DNA of 64,000 nucleotides, taken from an uncultured Desulfovibrionaceae bacterium (GTDB lineage Bacteria > Desulfobacterota > Desulfovibrionia > Desulfovibrionales > Desulfovibrionaceae). Positions 16,990 to 25,309 of this stretch are shown here, piece after piece (within the stretch, counting starts at the first letter, position 1; every line of letters begins with the position of its first letter). The stretch covers positions 32,907 to 96,906 of the forward strand of contig CAYJEN010000001.1 in the NCBI GenBank assembly GCA_964369185.1, written 5' to 3'. A model generated the notes under the pieces. The model was not told the origin of the DNA. It was given only the letters and a program-made list of their open reading frames with translations, and did not search any database. Made by a program: the position numbers and the translations under genes.

Positions 16990-18054
16990 ATGAAATTGAA
17001 AACTCTTTCTATGCTTTTTGCTTCTATGGCTCTTACTTGTTCAATGGGGCATTTCACACTTGCAAATGCAGAAGGCTTCCCAGCTAATTCTGTTATTGGT
17101 ATTTCCTTGCCTTGGCTTGGCACACAAAACTGGAAAGAAGCAGAAGTAATGTTTAAAGATCAACTTACAAAAGCCGGTTTTAAACCAATTGTTCAAGCTG
17201 CAGATAATAAAGTTCCTCAGCAACAACAGCAAATTGAATCAATGATTCAAAATGGTGCAAAAGTTATTGTTGTTGGTCCTATTGATGGCACACAACTTGG
17301 TACGGTTTTAGAAACAGCAAAAGCTGATGGCATTAAAATTCTTGGTTATGACCGTTTAATTGAAAATACAGATGCTGTTGATGGCGTTGTTCAATTCGGT
17401 TCATATAAAACCGGTATTGCTCAAGGTAAAGCACTTTTAGCAGGTCTTAAAGAATTGAAAGGTGAAGGTCCTTACAATATTGAACTTTTTGCCGGTGGTC
17501 CTGCTGATCCTAATGCTCCTTTATTCTTCAACGGTGCTATGTCAGTTCTTCAACCGGAAATTGACAAAGGCAATCTTATTGTAAACTCAAAACAAACAAA
17601 GTTTACACAGGTTGCTACAGCTGACTGGGATAACTCAAAAGCTCAATCACGTATGGATTCACTTCTATCAGGTTTCTATTCAGATAAAGAAATTGATGGT
17701 GTGCTCGCTCCTAACGATGGTATTGCACGTGCTATTATTACTTCTTGTGAATTTGCAGGTCAACCAAATCCGGCTATATCAGGTCTTGATGCTGAAAATG
17801 AATCAATCGAATGGATCTGGGAAGGTAAACAATATTCAACAGTTGCAAAACCAACTGATTTACTTGTTGGTTTAACAGTTGATCTTATCAAATCTATGCA
17901 AGAAGGTGTTGAATCACCAATCCAGCCTACAGCTAAAGCAGATAATGGCGTTATTGAAGTAAATCTTTATGAGCTTGATCCTATTGCAGTAACAAAAGCT
18001 AATATTAAAGAAGTATTTGCTAATGATCCTGCACGTATGGAATTAATGAAGTAG
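16990..18054 (+). CDS. chvE: Multiple-monosaccharide ABC transporter periplasmic binding protein (ChvE-like)
   Basis: Signal peptide. GPYNIELFAGGPADPNAPLFFNGAMSVLQP and SGLDAE..QYSTV parallel Agrobacterium ChvE as I recall it. Confidence 0.7.
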   Translation: MKLKTLSMLFASMALTCSMGHFTLANAEGFPANSVIGISLPWLGTQNWKEAEVMFKDQLTKAGFKPIVQAADNKVPQQQQQIESMIQNGAKVIVVGPIDGTQLGTVLETAKADGIKILGYDRLIENTDAVDGVVQFGSYKTGIAQGKALLAGLKELKGEGPYNIELFAGGPADPNAPLFFNGAMSVLQPEIDKGNLIVNSKQTKFTQVATADWDNSKAQSRMDSLLSGFYSDKEIDGVLAPNDGIARAIITSCEFAGQPNPAISGLDAENESIEWIWEGKQYSTVAKPTDLLVGLTVDLIKSMQEGVESPIQPTAKADNGVIEVNLYELDPIAVTKANIKEVFANDPARMELMK

Positions 18055-18170
18055 TAAGTTTTTCCCCTTTTTAGACTCAATAATATAGTGGAAATTTAAG
18101 GTGATAATTTCAACTTTACATAAAGTGAACTATAAGATATAGACAACCTCTCTAAAAAAGTTTTATATTC

Positions 18171-18317
18171 TAGATAATGTCGATGCAAGTGCCTTTTGAC
18201 TTGTTTCTGTGTCAGATTTCAAATATTTTTCAGTTATTTATGTTTTGGTAAACGCCTTCAAAATATTTTCATCTTCCTTGATACAAACCAAAATTCTTCT
18301 TGCATCGACACTATCTA
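18171..18317. repeat. MITE-like element with 19-bp terminal inverted repeats (related core, different ends)
   Basis: TAGATAATGTCGATGCAAG (18171-18189) against the reverse complement of CTTGCATCGACACTATCTA (18299-18317), 18/19 matches. The internal TTATTTATGTTTTGGTAAACGCCTTCAAAATA resembles the core of the other family. Confidence 0.55.
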
Positions 18318-18393
18318 ACCTTAATTTAAAACTATATTGTTAATTATAAGAAAGTGGAAAATTCTCTACATAAATGAGAGAGGGAAAAAATGT

Positions 18394-18547
18394 TAGGCTA
18401 TGTTTCAAATTCATTCTTTTGTGTTTTTTCTGCTTAAAAGATGATTTTTTATTCCGTTTATGTATGTTTTTGATACACTGCACGTCATAAAAAATCACTT
18501 TCAATTGAAAATTCCACAAAATCTTTGAATTTAGAAACACACCCTAG
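18394..18547. repeat. MITE-like element, copy 1 (TAGGG..GTTTC / GAAACACACCCTA ends)
   Basis: Aligns along its length with 21874-22026 and 37076-37301. Imperfect ~20-bp terminal inverted repeats. Confidence 0.65.
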
Positions 18548-18604
18548 ATAAAACAGATTTCCCTCTTTCTACAAAATTTCAAAAAATTCTTTGGAGAAAA
18601 TAAA

Positions 18605-19291
18605 ATGAAACGTAGCGAAATAAATAAAGCATTAAAAGAACTTGAAGCAATGACGAAAGAATATCGTTTTGCACTTCCGCCATTTTGTCATTTTACTCCG
18701 GAAGAATGGCAGTCAAAAGGGCATGATTACGACGAAGTTCGCGATAATATGCTCGGCTGGGATATAACCGATTACGGTATGGGCGATTTTGAAAAAATGG
18801 GCTTTTCACTTATCACCTTGCGTAACGGAAACTTAGGTATGCAAGATAAGTATAAGAAAACATACGCAGAAAAACTTCTCTTTTTAAAAGAAGGGCAATA
18901 CGCACCTATGCACTTCCACTGGGCTAAAATGGAAGATATCATAAATCGCGGGGGCGGAAATATTTTAATTCGCGTATATAATTCAACAAAAGATGAACAG
19001 CTTGATAAAGAATCAGATGTTCACGTATACATGGACGGACGTGAAGTTGTAGTTCCTGCCGGTTCACAAGTAAAATTGTGTCCGGGTGAAAGTATATCTA
19101 TTCAACAATATATGTATCATGATTTTTCAGTAGAAGAAGGTAGTGGGCACGTTTTACTTGGTGAAGTAAGTCAGTGCAATGATGATAATACAGATAATCG
19201 CTTCCATGAGCCAATAGGTAGATTTCCGGCTATTGAAGAAGATGAAGCGCCTTACAGATTGCTTTGTAACGAATATCCAAAAGCAAAATAA
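18605..19291 (+). CDS. D-lyxose/D-mannose family sugar isomerase (cupin)
   Basis: 228 aa. HFHWAKMEDIINRGGGNILI and an overall YdaE-like pattern. Confidence 0.7.
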   Translation: MKRSEINKALKELEAMTKEYRFALPPFCHFTPEEWQSKGHDYDEVRDNMLGWDITDYGMGDFEKMGFSLITLRNGNLGMQDKYKKTYAEKLLFLKEGQYAPMHFHWAKMEDIINRGGGNILIRVYNSTKDEQLDKESDVHVYMDGREVVVPAGSQVKLCPGESISIQQYMYHDFSVEEGSGHVLLGEVSQCNDDNTDNRFHEPIGRFPAIEEDEAPYRLLCNEYPKAK

Positions 19292-19306
19292 ATAAGAGGT
19301 GTTACT

Positions 19307-20257
19307 ATGTATGATGTTGTAGCCTTAGGAGAACTTTTAATCGACTTTGCACAAAAAAGTCTTGATGAAGATGGCTATCCTACCATGCAAGCAAATCCGG
19401 GCGGAGCACCTGCAAATTTTTTAGGTGCGCTCAATAAATATGGCAGAAAAACAGCCTTTTTGGGTAAAGTAGGGGACGATACTTTCGGGCATCTTCTCAT
19501 TAAAACTCTAAATGAAGCTGATATAAATACGAGTGGAGTAGTAATTGATGAAAATTACTTCACAACCCTTGCCTTTGTTACTTTTGATGATAAAGGTGAC
19601 AGAACCTTTTCCTTTGCAAGAAAACCGGGTGCAGATACTAGACTCAACTTTGATGAAGTAGATTTATCTATTCTAGATAATTCTAAAACTCTGCATTTTG
19701 GAACACTAAGCCTTACCGCTGACCCAATGCGTGAAACAACGCAAAAAGTAGTGGATTATGCACGAAAGAACGGAAAAATTATCACTTTTGACCCTAACCT
19801 TCGTAGACCTCTCTGGGATGATTTAGAAGAAGCAAAAAAACAAATAGAATGGGGACTTATGCAAGCGGATTTTGTAAAAATCAGCGATGAAGAAGTTGAA
19901 TTTCTATGGAATTGCTCGCCTGAAGAGGGTGCAAAGCGTATTTTAAATGAATTTAATGTTTCCTTTGTTCTCCTAACTTTAGGAGTAGATGGCTCAATTG
20001 CGCTTACAAAAAATGCTTGTGGTGTAGCTAAGTGCCCGAATGTAAAACCAATTGATACAACTGGTGCTGGTGATATCTGCGGTGGAAGTGCTTATTGTAG
20101 CTTTCTAGATTATGATTGTAAATTTGAAGAATTAACGAGTGAACAACTTACAGAAATAGCTAAATTTGCTTCAACAGCAGCAAGCCTTTCAACGGAAAAA
20201 CTTGGTGGAATACCATCAATCCCAAGCAAGGAAGAAGTTATTTTAAATCTTTTATAG
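19307..20257 (+). CDS. PfkB-family carbohydrate kinase (fructokinase-like)
   Basis: GELLIDF, GGAPANF, DTTGAGD motifs. Confidence 0.8.
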   Translation: MYDVVALGELLIDFAQKSLDEDGYPTMQANPGGAPANFLGALNKYGRKTAFLGKVGDDTFGHLLIKTLNEADINTSGVVIDENYFTTLAFVTFDDKGDRTFSFARKPGADTRLNFDEVDLSILDNSKTLHFGTLSLTADPMRETTQKVVDYARKNGKIITFDPNLRRPLWDDLEEAKKQIEWGLMQADFVKISDEEVEFLWNCSPEEGAKRILNEFNVSFVLLTLGVDGSIALTKNACGVAKCPNVKPIDTTGAGDICGGSAYCSFLDYDCKFEELTSEQLTEIAKFASTAASLSTEKLGGIPSIPSKEEVILNLL

Positions 20258-20322
20258 TATTTTTGAACTTTTCAGTTGCATTCTCTATTTTTGAAAAATG
20301 CTCTAAATTTATCTAAGTCATT

Positions 20323-20366
20323 TTTCTATAGAAACTACCTGTATTTGATATACTTTTCTATAGAAA
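20323..20366. promoter_or_regulatory. Two identical 12-bp palindromes, TTTCTATAGAAA, 32 bp apart (candidate operator pair)
   Basis: Exact copies at 20323-20334 and 20355-20366, in the gap between the kinase gene and the GGDEF gene. Confidence 0.35.
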
Positions 20367-20569
20367 ATGGCTTACTTCTTTTAAAATAAAATTCATAGAT
20401 TTAGAAGTATTATTAAGTAAAGTATCCTCTTCTAGAGAATATTTTATATTGTTTTTTTTTATATATTATGCTAATTATAATGCAGAGGCTTTCCCTCGTG
20501 TGAAGTTTTTTTATAAACTAATAGTTTTCTCAAGATGTTGTATGATTCTAAATGCTGTTTGAGGTGATT

Positions 20570-21856
20570 ATGAGGTTGGCCAAATTTATTTATATTATTC
20601 TTATTGCTGTAAGTTGTTTTTCTACATACACGTATTATAAAAATTCGATTGCAGATGAAATTCTCACAAATAACCTTCTAAAACAAAGTTATATTGAACG
20701 AATTAAGCTTGCTATCTATTCGGTTGCGCAACCTATTGCAGGTTTTGAAAGAATAGAAAAAAGATATAAACCGGATTTAACTCTAAATGAATTCAATATG
20801 TACGCAGAGATTATGTATGACCCTGAAAAACATATCGCAATTACATACTCGCCTGCAGGTATAACAGAATTTGTATTTCCCTTTGAAGAGAATAAAGAAG
20901 CTATAGGGCATAATATTCTAACTTCACCTAAAACAATGATTGAGGGAATTCAAACTATAGAAAATAAACAAGTAACGATATCAGGTCCTTATTCTCTTTT
21001 ACAACAAGGAAGAGCCGGCATTGTTATACGTGACCCTATATTTGTTATCAGTGATGGTGAAGAAAAATTTTGGGGATTTACTACATTAGTTTTAGCATCA
21101 CCGAAATTTTTAAGCGTTACAGGTATACTTAATCTTGAAAGTATAGGATATGCTTTTAGCCTTTTAGGTGAATATCAAGATGAAAGCGTTCCTGTTTTTG
21201 AAAGTTCTAATTATAGTTCAGAGGTGGGTTCTTATCAGAGTTTTCAAGTGTATAACAGTACGTGGAAATTTTCTATTTATAAGGTTGGAGAACTACAGTT
21301 AATTTTTCAATATTCTTTATGGTTGTTAGGTTTTTTTCTTGCAGGTTCTACAGTTCTTTATAAGCTAATGAGTTACTTTGAAGAACGTAATAGAGAATAT
21401 AAACATCAAATTGAGAGAGATAGTCTAACCGGTGCATATACAAGAGTATTTTTAGATGAATTTAATTTTAGCCCAGCATACACAATTTTTTATATCGACC
21501 TTAATAAATTTAAGCCGGTAAATGATAATTATGGTCATGAAGTTGGAGATAAACTTCTGAAATGTTATGTAATGAGACTAAAAGAACACTTCAAAAAAGA
21601 TACCCCTGTAGTAAGAATGGGGGGCGATGAATTTATGGTAATCATAAATCAAGAAATGACAGCAAAAGACATAGAACATATAAAAAGTAGAATAAATTTA
21701 CTTTCAAGTCAGCCATTTAAAGTGGATTCACTCACTATTCAAATAGGTGCAAGCGTAGGTTATGCAGTTTGCCCGCAACAAAGTAAAGTTCTAGATGAAT
21801 TAATTAAGCATGCAGATAGGCAAATGTATCAAGATAAAGAAAGTAAAGGAAGATAA
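20570..21856 (+). CDS. Diguanylate cyclase (GGDEF) with an N-terminal TM-flanked periplasmic sensor domain (CHASE-like)
   Basis: RMGGDEFMVI, with the sensor domain between two TM segments. ATG 20570, preceded by GAGGTG, is preferred over the track start 20552. Confidence 0.8.
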   Translation: MRLAKFIYIILIAVSCFSTYTYYKNSIADEILTNNLLKQSYIERIKLAIYSVAQPIAGFERIEKRYKPDLTLNEFNMYAEIMYDPEKHIAITYSPAGITEFVFPFEENKEAIGHNILTSPKTMIEGIQTIENKQVTISGPYSLLQQGRAGIVIRDPIFVISDGEEKFWGFTTLVLASPKFLSVTGILNLESIGYAFSLLGEYQDESVPVFESSNYSSEVGSYQSFQVYNSTWKFSIYKVGELQLIFQYSLWLLGFFLAGSTVLYKLMSYFEERNREYKHQIERDSLTGAYTRVFLDEFNFSPAYTIFYIDLNKFKPVNDNYGHEVGDKLLKCYVMRLKEHFKKDTPVVRMGGDEFMVIINQEMTAKDIEHIKSRINLLSSQPFKVDSLTIQIGASVGYAVCPQQSKVLDELIKHADRQMYQDKESKGR

Positions 21857-21873
21857 AAAATAAGTTTTTTTCT

Positions 21874-22026
21874 TAGGGCGTGTTTCAAAAGTAATTCTTT
21901 TGCCTTTTGAACTGAGTCAAAGTAATTTTTTATTCAATTTATATATGGTTTTGATACATTGCACTTCATAAAAAATCACTTTTTCTGCCAAAAGGGCAAA
22001 ATCTCTTATTTTAGAAACACCCCATG
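21874..22026. repeat. MITE-like element, copy 2
   Basis: TTAGGGCGTGTTTCAAAAGTAATTCTTTTG...CAAAATCTCTTATTTTAGAAACACCCCATGG. Aligns with copies 1 and 3. Confidence 0.65.
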
Positions 22027-22046
22027 GGTGAAGCGAAATATTGTTA

Positions 22047-22065
22047 TCATATGATAATCATTATT
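22047..22065. promoter_or_regulatory. Fur-box-like site
   Basis: TCATATGATAATCATTATT matches 14/19 positions of the GATAATGATAATCATTATC consensus. Overlaps a 14-bp perfect palindrome, TTATCATATGATAA (22044-22057). Confidence 0.4.
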
Positions 22066-22329
22066 TAAAAAAACCTTGGTAAATAACAAAAAAAATGCTT
22101 GATTAATTAATAGAATGCGTGTAATTAATTAAACACGTTTTTCTTCTGCAACGATGATGAATGTCGGCAGACTGGATTTATGTTGATTCTTTGATTACTT
22201 TAGACAGCATAATTCAAATTATGATAGCAAAATTTTTTGCTTCTTTTATCGTACATTTCCTTTCCTACTATCCTGATTCCGGTACGTAACTTCAAATAGC
22301 GTGGAAACATGCTAAAAAAGGATAAAACC

Positions 22330-23145
22330 ATGTCTGCTTTAAAACTTAATATGCCAACACAACAGGGGCAAATCGACTTAGTAACCATTAAACAAGAAAT
22401 TTCAAACCTAGAATTTGCTTTCGATAGCAGAGCGGCAATTTTTGAAAAAAGTGATGTAAACTTAGTAATTGCGTTTGATAATGGTTCACTTCTAATTTTA
22501 GAAAATTTTTATAGTGTATACTCATCAGAATTATTACCTGAATTTGTAATTGATGGTAAAAACCTTGCAGGTGGAGAATTTTTTGCAAGCTTAGATTCAA
22601 ATCTAATGCCTGCTGCCGGACCTGTTAATTTATCAATTGAACTTGAAGATGAGCCAGTTGAAATATTAAAATCTTCCACTATGAAACTTAATAAAGATGC
22701 TATATTTGAAGTAGATGATAGCATTGAAATAGCTGAAGGTATTACAACTCTACAAGATGGCTCACTTAGAGGTGGCGATATTTATCTTAAGGGTGGAGTT
22801 AGTGATGACTTCCTTTTAGGCGGAGACGGTGACGACTTCCTTCGCGGTGGTAAAGGTTCAGATACTCTCCGTGGTGGACTTGGAAAAGATGTTTTTATGT
22901 GGAGCTTAGAAGATTTTCAATCTGGTGCCAATGATGTTATAGAAGACTTTACAAACGGTGATAGACTTGATTTAACTGCATTTAGTGTGAATTATTCTAT
23001 TGTGACTCAAGAAGCGGGTACAGATACTGTTATTACAATTTCTCATGCATCTGAAAGTCAAAATATAACTCTTCAAGGTGTGGATTATCTAAGCTATGAA
23101 GATGAATTCCAAACTTTTGAATTCAGCAGTCTTGTTGGTTTCTAA
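22330..23145 (+). CDS. Small calcium-binding RTX-repeat protein with a BapA-prefix-like N-terminal segment
   Basis: GGDIYLKGGVSDDFLLGGDGDDFLRGGKGSDTLRGGLGKDVF (GGxGxD nonapeptide repeats). N-terminal NLVIAFDNGSLLILENFY. ATG 22330 (after AAGGA) or 22309. Confidence 0.7.
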   Translation: MSALKLNMPTQQGQIDLVTIKQEISNLEFAFDSRAAIFEKSDVNLVIAFDNGSLLILENFYSVYSSELLPEFVIDGKNLAGGEFFASLDSNLMPAAGPVNLSIELEDEPVEILKSSTMKLNKDAIFEVDDSIEIAEGITTLQDGSLRGGDIYLKGGVSDDFLLGGDGDDFLRGGKGSDTLRGGLGKDVFMWSLEDFQSGANDVIEDFTNGDRLDLTAFSVNYSIVTQEAGTDTVITISHASESQNITLQGVDYLSYEDEFQTFEFSSLVGF

Positions 23146-23549
23146 GACTTGGTTAAGAAAATTGTTTCAAGTATAGTTGTAGATTATGAATTTATAAAAA
23201 ACTTTCTAATAAAACAATTAGTTAGAGTGTGATTCATTCTTGATGTGTTTTATGTTTTTATTTTATAAAACATAAAAAAATAAATTTGAATTGCACTCTT
23301 TTTTATTTAATTTTTGAATATTTTAGAAAAAATTATAAGATGTAAAATCAATAAGATATCTCTGAAAAGTACAAAAAAATAAATTTACCATCTTGATTAA
23401 TTTTAAAAGGTGGTATATCAAGATTTCATTAAATAACTTTGTAAAAGCAAAATGATAAAAAGTATTATAAAACAGTGGGTTATTTATCTCTCTATTAGGA
23501 AATCCGTTTTTCTTTAACTTTTAACTTGCTTGTGCAGAGAAATACTTTT

Positions 23550-24443
23550 ATGAGTACTTTAAATTCAAGAATTTTCATTCTTTTTTGTTTGTTTTTGCTT
23601 TATTTATCGTGGGGTTCTAGCTATATTATAACAAAATATACCCTCCTTTATTGTCCTGGAATTATGATAACTTTTGTGAGAATGGTTATAAGTGGAATTT
23701 TTATTATTCTCCTTACTAGACTTATGGGAGAAAAGATTAAATTTTCGCTTTTAGATTTAAGAAACTATTCTATTCTAGGGATTTTTGTTATTGTCATGGG
23801 TGGTGCTTTTGTGACTAAAGGACAAGAGACTGTTGCTTCAGGAACAACAGCTATGCTTTTGGCTCTTGCACCTGCTACAATGCTACTTGCTGACTGGTAT
23901 TTTAATAAAGTTAAACCAAATTTAATACAACTTCTTGGTATCACAGTAGGTTTTATCTCAATCGCTTGGATGCAGTACTATCAAGGTTTGAATGGACAAA
24001 CATCATTAGTTGGTTTTCTTTTTATTGTTGCATCGGTGATAGGTTGGATTTACGGCTCGCATCTATCTACAATATTTAGAACTAATACAGGAATGTCTAC
24101 TTTACGCTCATGTGGGTTTATGATGCTGATTGGTGGTATTGAAACAATGATTTTTGCCCTTCTAGTAGGAGAAAGATTTTCTGATATCCAATTAGGTACG
24201 GGCTTTGTTTCTTCCATGTCATTACAAATTATATCAACGATTATAGGTTATACATCATATTTTTGGTTGTTGGAAAAAACACGTCCAATGATTGCAATTT
24301 CATATGAATTTGTAAATCCTGTTGTTGCTTTATATTTGGGGTGGTTGTTTGGAAATGAGATTGTTGGGATTCCGCTAGTAATTGCTTGTGTTTGCCTTGT
24401 TTCCTCTGCTTTTCTTGCAGTATCGAATAAAACCACTCATTAG
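23550..24443 (+). CDS. EamA/DMT-family transporter
   Basis: About 10 TM helices in the two-EamA-repeat layout. The track ORF starts at TTG 23526; ATG 23550 is more likely. Confidence 0.7.
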   Translation: MSTLNSRIFILFCLFLLYLSWGSSYIITKYTLLYCPGIMITFVRMVISGIFIILLTRLMGEKIKFSLLDLRNYSILGIFVIVMGGAFVTKGQETVASGTTAMLLALAPATMLLADWYFNKVKPNLIQLLGITVGFISIAWMQYYQGLNGQTSLVGFLFIVASVIGWIYGSHLSTIFRTNTGMSTLRSCGFMMLIGGIETMIFALLVGERFSDIQLGTGFVSSMSLQIISTIIGYTSYFWLLEKTRPMIAISYEFVNPVVALYLGWLFGNEIVGIPLVIACVCLVSSAFLAVSNKTTH

Positions 24444-24467
24444 AAACATACTCTAATAGAAATAAAT

Positions 24468-24499
24468 AAGGGAAAGTATAGTTATATATACTTTCCCTT
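24468..24499. terminator. Bidirectional terminator hairpin
   Basis: AAGGGAAAGTATA / TATACTTTCCCTT followed by a T-run. Confidence 0.6.
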
Positions 24500-24546
24500 T
24501 CTTTTTATTGAATTTTACAAAATGCACTAATAAATTTTTTATGAAT

Positions 24547-25278
24547 CTATTTTTGAGCATTAATCCATGTAATAGCTTCTGAAAAATCTAATGAGCCTTC
24601 ATAAATTGCGCGTCCTGAAATCGCTCCAACACAAGTTGATGATTTTGTAAGAGCTTCAATTTTCTTTACATCGTCCATGTTTGCAAGTCCGCCGGCTGCT
24701 ATGAAGGGTAGTTTTGTCAACTTAGCAAGATTTTCTAAAGCAGGATAGTTGAACCCTGTTTGCATTCCATCTCTTTCAATATCGGTATAGATAAGAAAAG
24801 CTGCGCCATCTGCTTCTACACGAGGAAGGACTTCTTCGAGGGTGAGTTTACTATCGTCAACCCAGCCACGAGTTTTAAGAACATTTTGGTAAGCGTCTAA
24901 TGAAAGTCCAATTCTACCGGGGAATGATTGACATAAATCCTTAAATTTTTCCGGTTCTTCAAGAGCCATTGTTCCAATAATCAAACGGGTTACACCCTTA
25001 TTGAACCAATACTCAGCGTGTTCTTTTGAACGGATTCCGCCACCAAGTTGCACTGGAATAGTAAGTTTAGCACAAATTGCTTCAACGGCTTCTGCATTTG
25101 CACTATACCCATCAAATGCGCCGTCTAAGTCGATAAGGTGAAGATATTCTGCACCTAATTCTTGCCATTTTATAGCAAAATCTAGAGCGTTCCCGTAGTA
25201 GGTGCTTTCGTTGGCTTTACCTTGTTTTAGACGAACGGCTTTACCGTCTTGTAAGTCGACAGCTGGAAAAATTATCAT
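24547..25278 (-). CDS. hisA: ProFAR isomerase (1-(5-phosphoribosyl)-5-[(5-phosphoribosylamino)methylideneamino]imidazole-4-carboxamide isomerase)
   Basis: MIIFPAVDLQDGKAVRL..., GGGIRS, and GAISGRAIYEG. ATG 25278 (after AAGGA) is preferred over the track start 25332. Confidence 0.85.
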   Translation of the reverse strand: MIIFPAVDLQDGKAVRLKQGKANESTYYGNALDFAIKWQELGAEYLHLIDLDGAFDGYSANAEAVEAICAKLTIPVQLGGGIRSKEHAEYWFNKGVTRLIIGTMALEEPEKFKDLCQSFPGRIGLSLDAYQNVLKTRGWVDDSKLTLEEVLPRVEADGAAFLIYTDIERDGMQTGFNYPALENLAKLTKLPFIAAGGLANMDDVKKIEALTKSSTCVGAISGRAIYEGSLDFSEAITWINAQK

Positions 25279-25309
25279 GGATAAATCCTTAATTCTAAAA
25301 TATGTTGTA

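Noticed and set aside
18340-18540. 66-aa minus-strand ORF
   Set aside because: It lies entirely within MITE-like copy 1, and its sequence is repeated non-coding DNA.
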